64,000 nt of DNA from an uncultured Chthonomonadaceae bacterium. Lineage in GTDB: Bacteria > Armatimonadota > Chthonomonadetes > Chthonomonadales > Chthonomonadaceae. The notes under the pieces were generated by a model. It searched no databases, was not told where the DNA came from, and saw nothing but the letters and a program-made list of their open reading frames with translations. The DNA lies in NCBI GenBank assembly GCA_963835065.1, contig CAWIEK010000050.1, positions 181,382 to 245,381 on the forward strand, read 5' to 3'. Position numbers and translations under genes: made by a program. Below are positions 63,692 to 64,000 of this stretch, one piece after another (the stretch's first letter is position 1; every line of letters begins with the position of its first letter).

Positions 63692-63804
63692 GGATCGTGG
63701 CCTGCCTGATAATGGAAGCGTGGTATTGCTTCGGGCGCAACGTTTGCTTCAAGGTACAAGGAGGTTGGAGCCTTAAGCATGTACTGCGAGGAGAAGAGGG
63801 TTGC

Positions 63805-64000
63805 ATGAACATAACGGAAATGGATTTACCAAGCCAGCAGACAAAAAACTCCAATCTGGAATTAAACGCGCAGGAAACCCAAGAGCTGCAAGCGTTGCTT
63901 ACTGACCTAAACGCGGTTGGTTCGGATATTGTGGATAGTCTTGACCGTATTCACCTGCTCCTGCAAAATATGGTGAATACCTCGCGTTCGGCGCGGGGCG
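63805..64000 (+). CDS. Hypothetical protein, partial
   Basis: ATG after gaggagaagaggg; open to the window end (MNITEMDLPSQQ...). Confidence 0.5.
   Translation, partial: MNITEMDLPSQQTKNSNLELNAQETQELQALLTDLNAVGSDIVDSLDRIHLLLQNMVNTSRSARG

Overview
A 64-kb stretch of a fairly GC-rich bacterial chromosome. Gene content (PEP-CTERM proteins, Tat-exported enzymes, LolA-like protein, Uma2, SAM-I riboswitch) suggests a diderm environmental bacterium, possibly Armatimonadota; this is inference only. It is mostly housekeeping and accessory metabolism: metallophosphoesterase, esterase, a lone flagellin, two ferritin-like genes, hslU, nadK, pduO, ferredoxin, plsC, a GHL10-type hydrolase, a complete assimilatory nitrate cluster (nasA/narB, narK-like transporter, small conserved ORF, nirB, nirD), an S8 protease, metK with a SAM-I riboswitch, HtrA, ABC-F and transketolase. 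The right end (51.6-64 kb) is accessory: an HTH-NB-ARC-TPR STAND gene, a broken PEP-CTERM gene, a nested palindromic element and a duplicated, decaying PIN toxin-antitoxin array. About ten genes carry single-base frameshifts, most likely sequencing errors. No rRNA, tRNA, CRISPR array or transposase was seen. The most unusual observations are: an alpha/beta-hydrolase-DUF2156 fusion; a ~126-aa extra domain in the nitrate transporter; a candidate ANTAR-type attenuator; a pervasive family of 7/8/10-mer tandem-repeat hairpins, some in-frame in genes and some forming perfect G-quadruplex motifs just upstream of start codons; and a large beta-rich protein gene, missing from the ORF track, with a perfect sigma70 promoter. 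No single clearly novel multi-gene system can be claimed with confidence.
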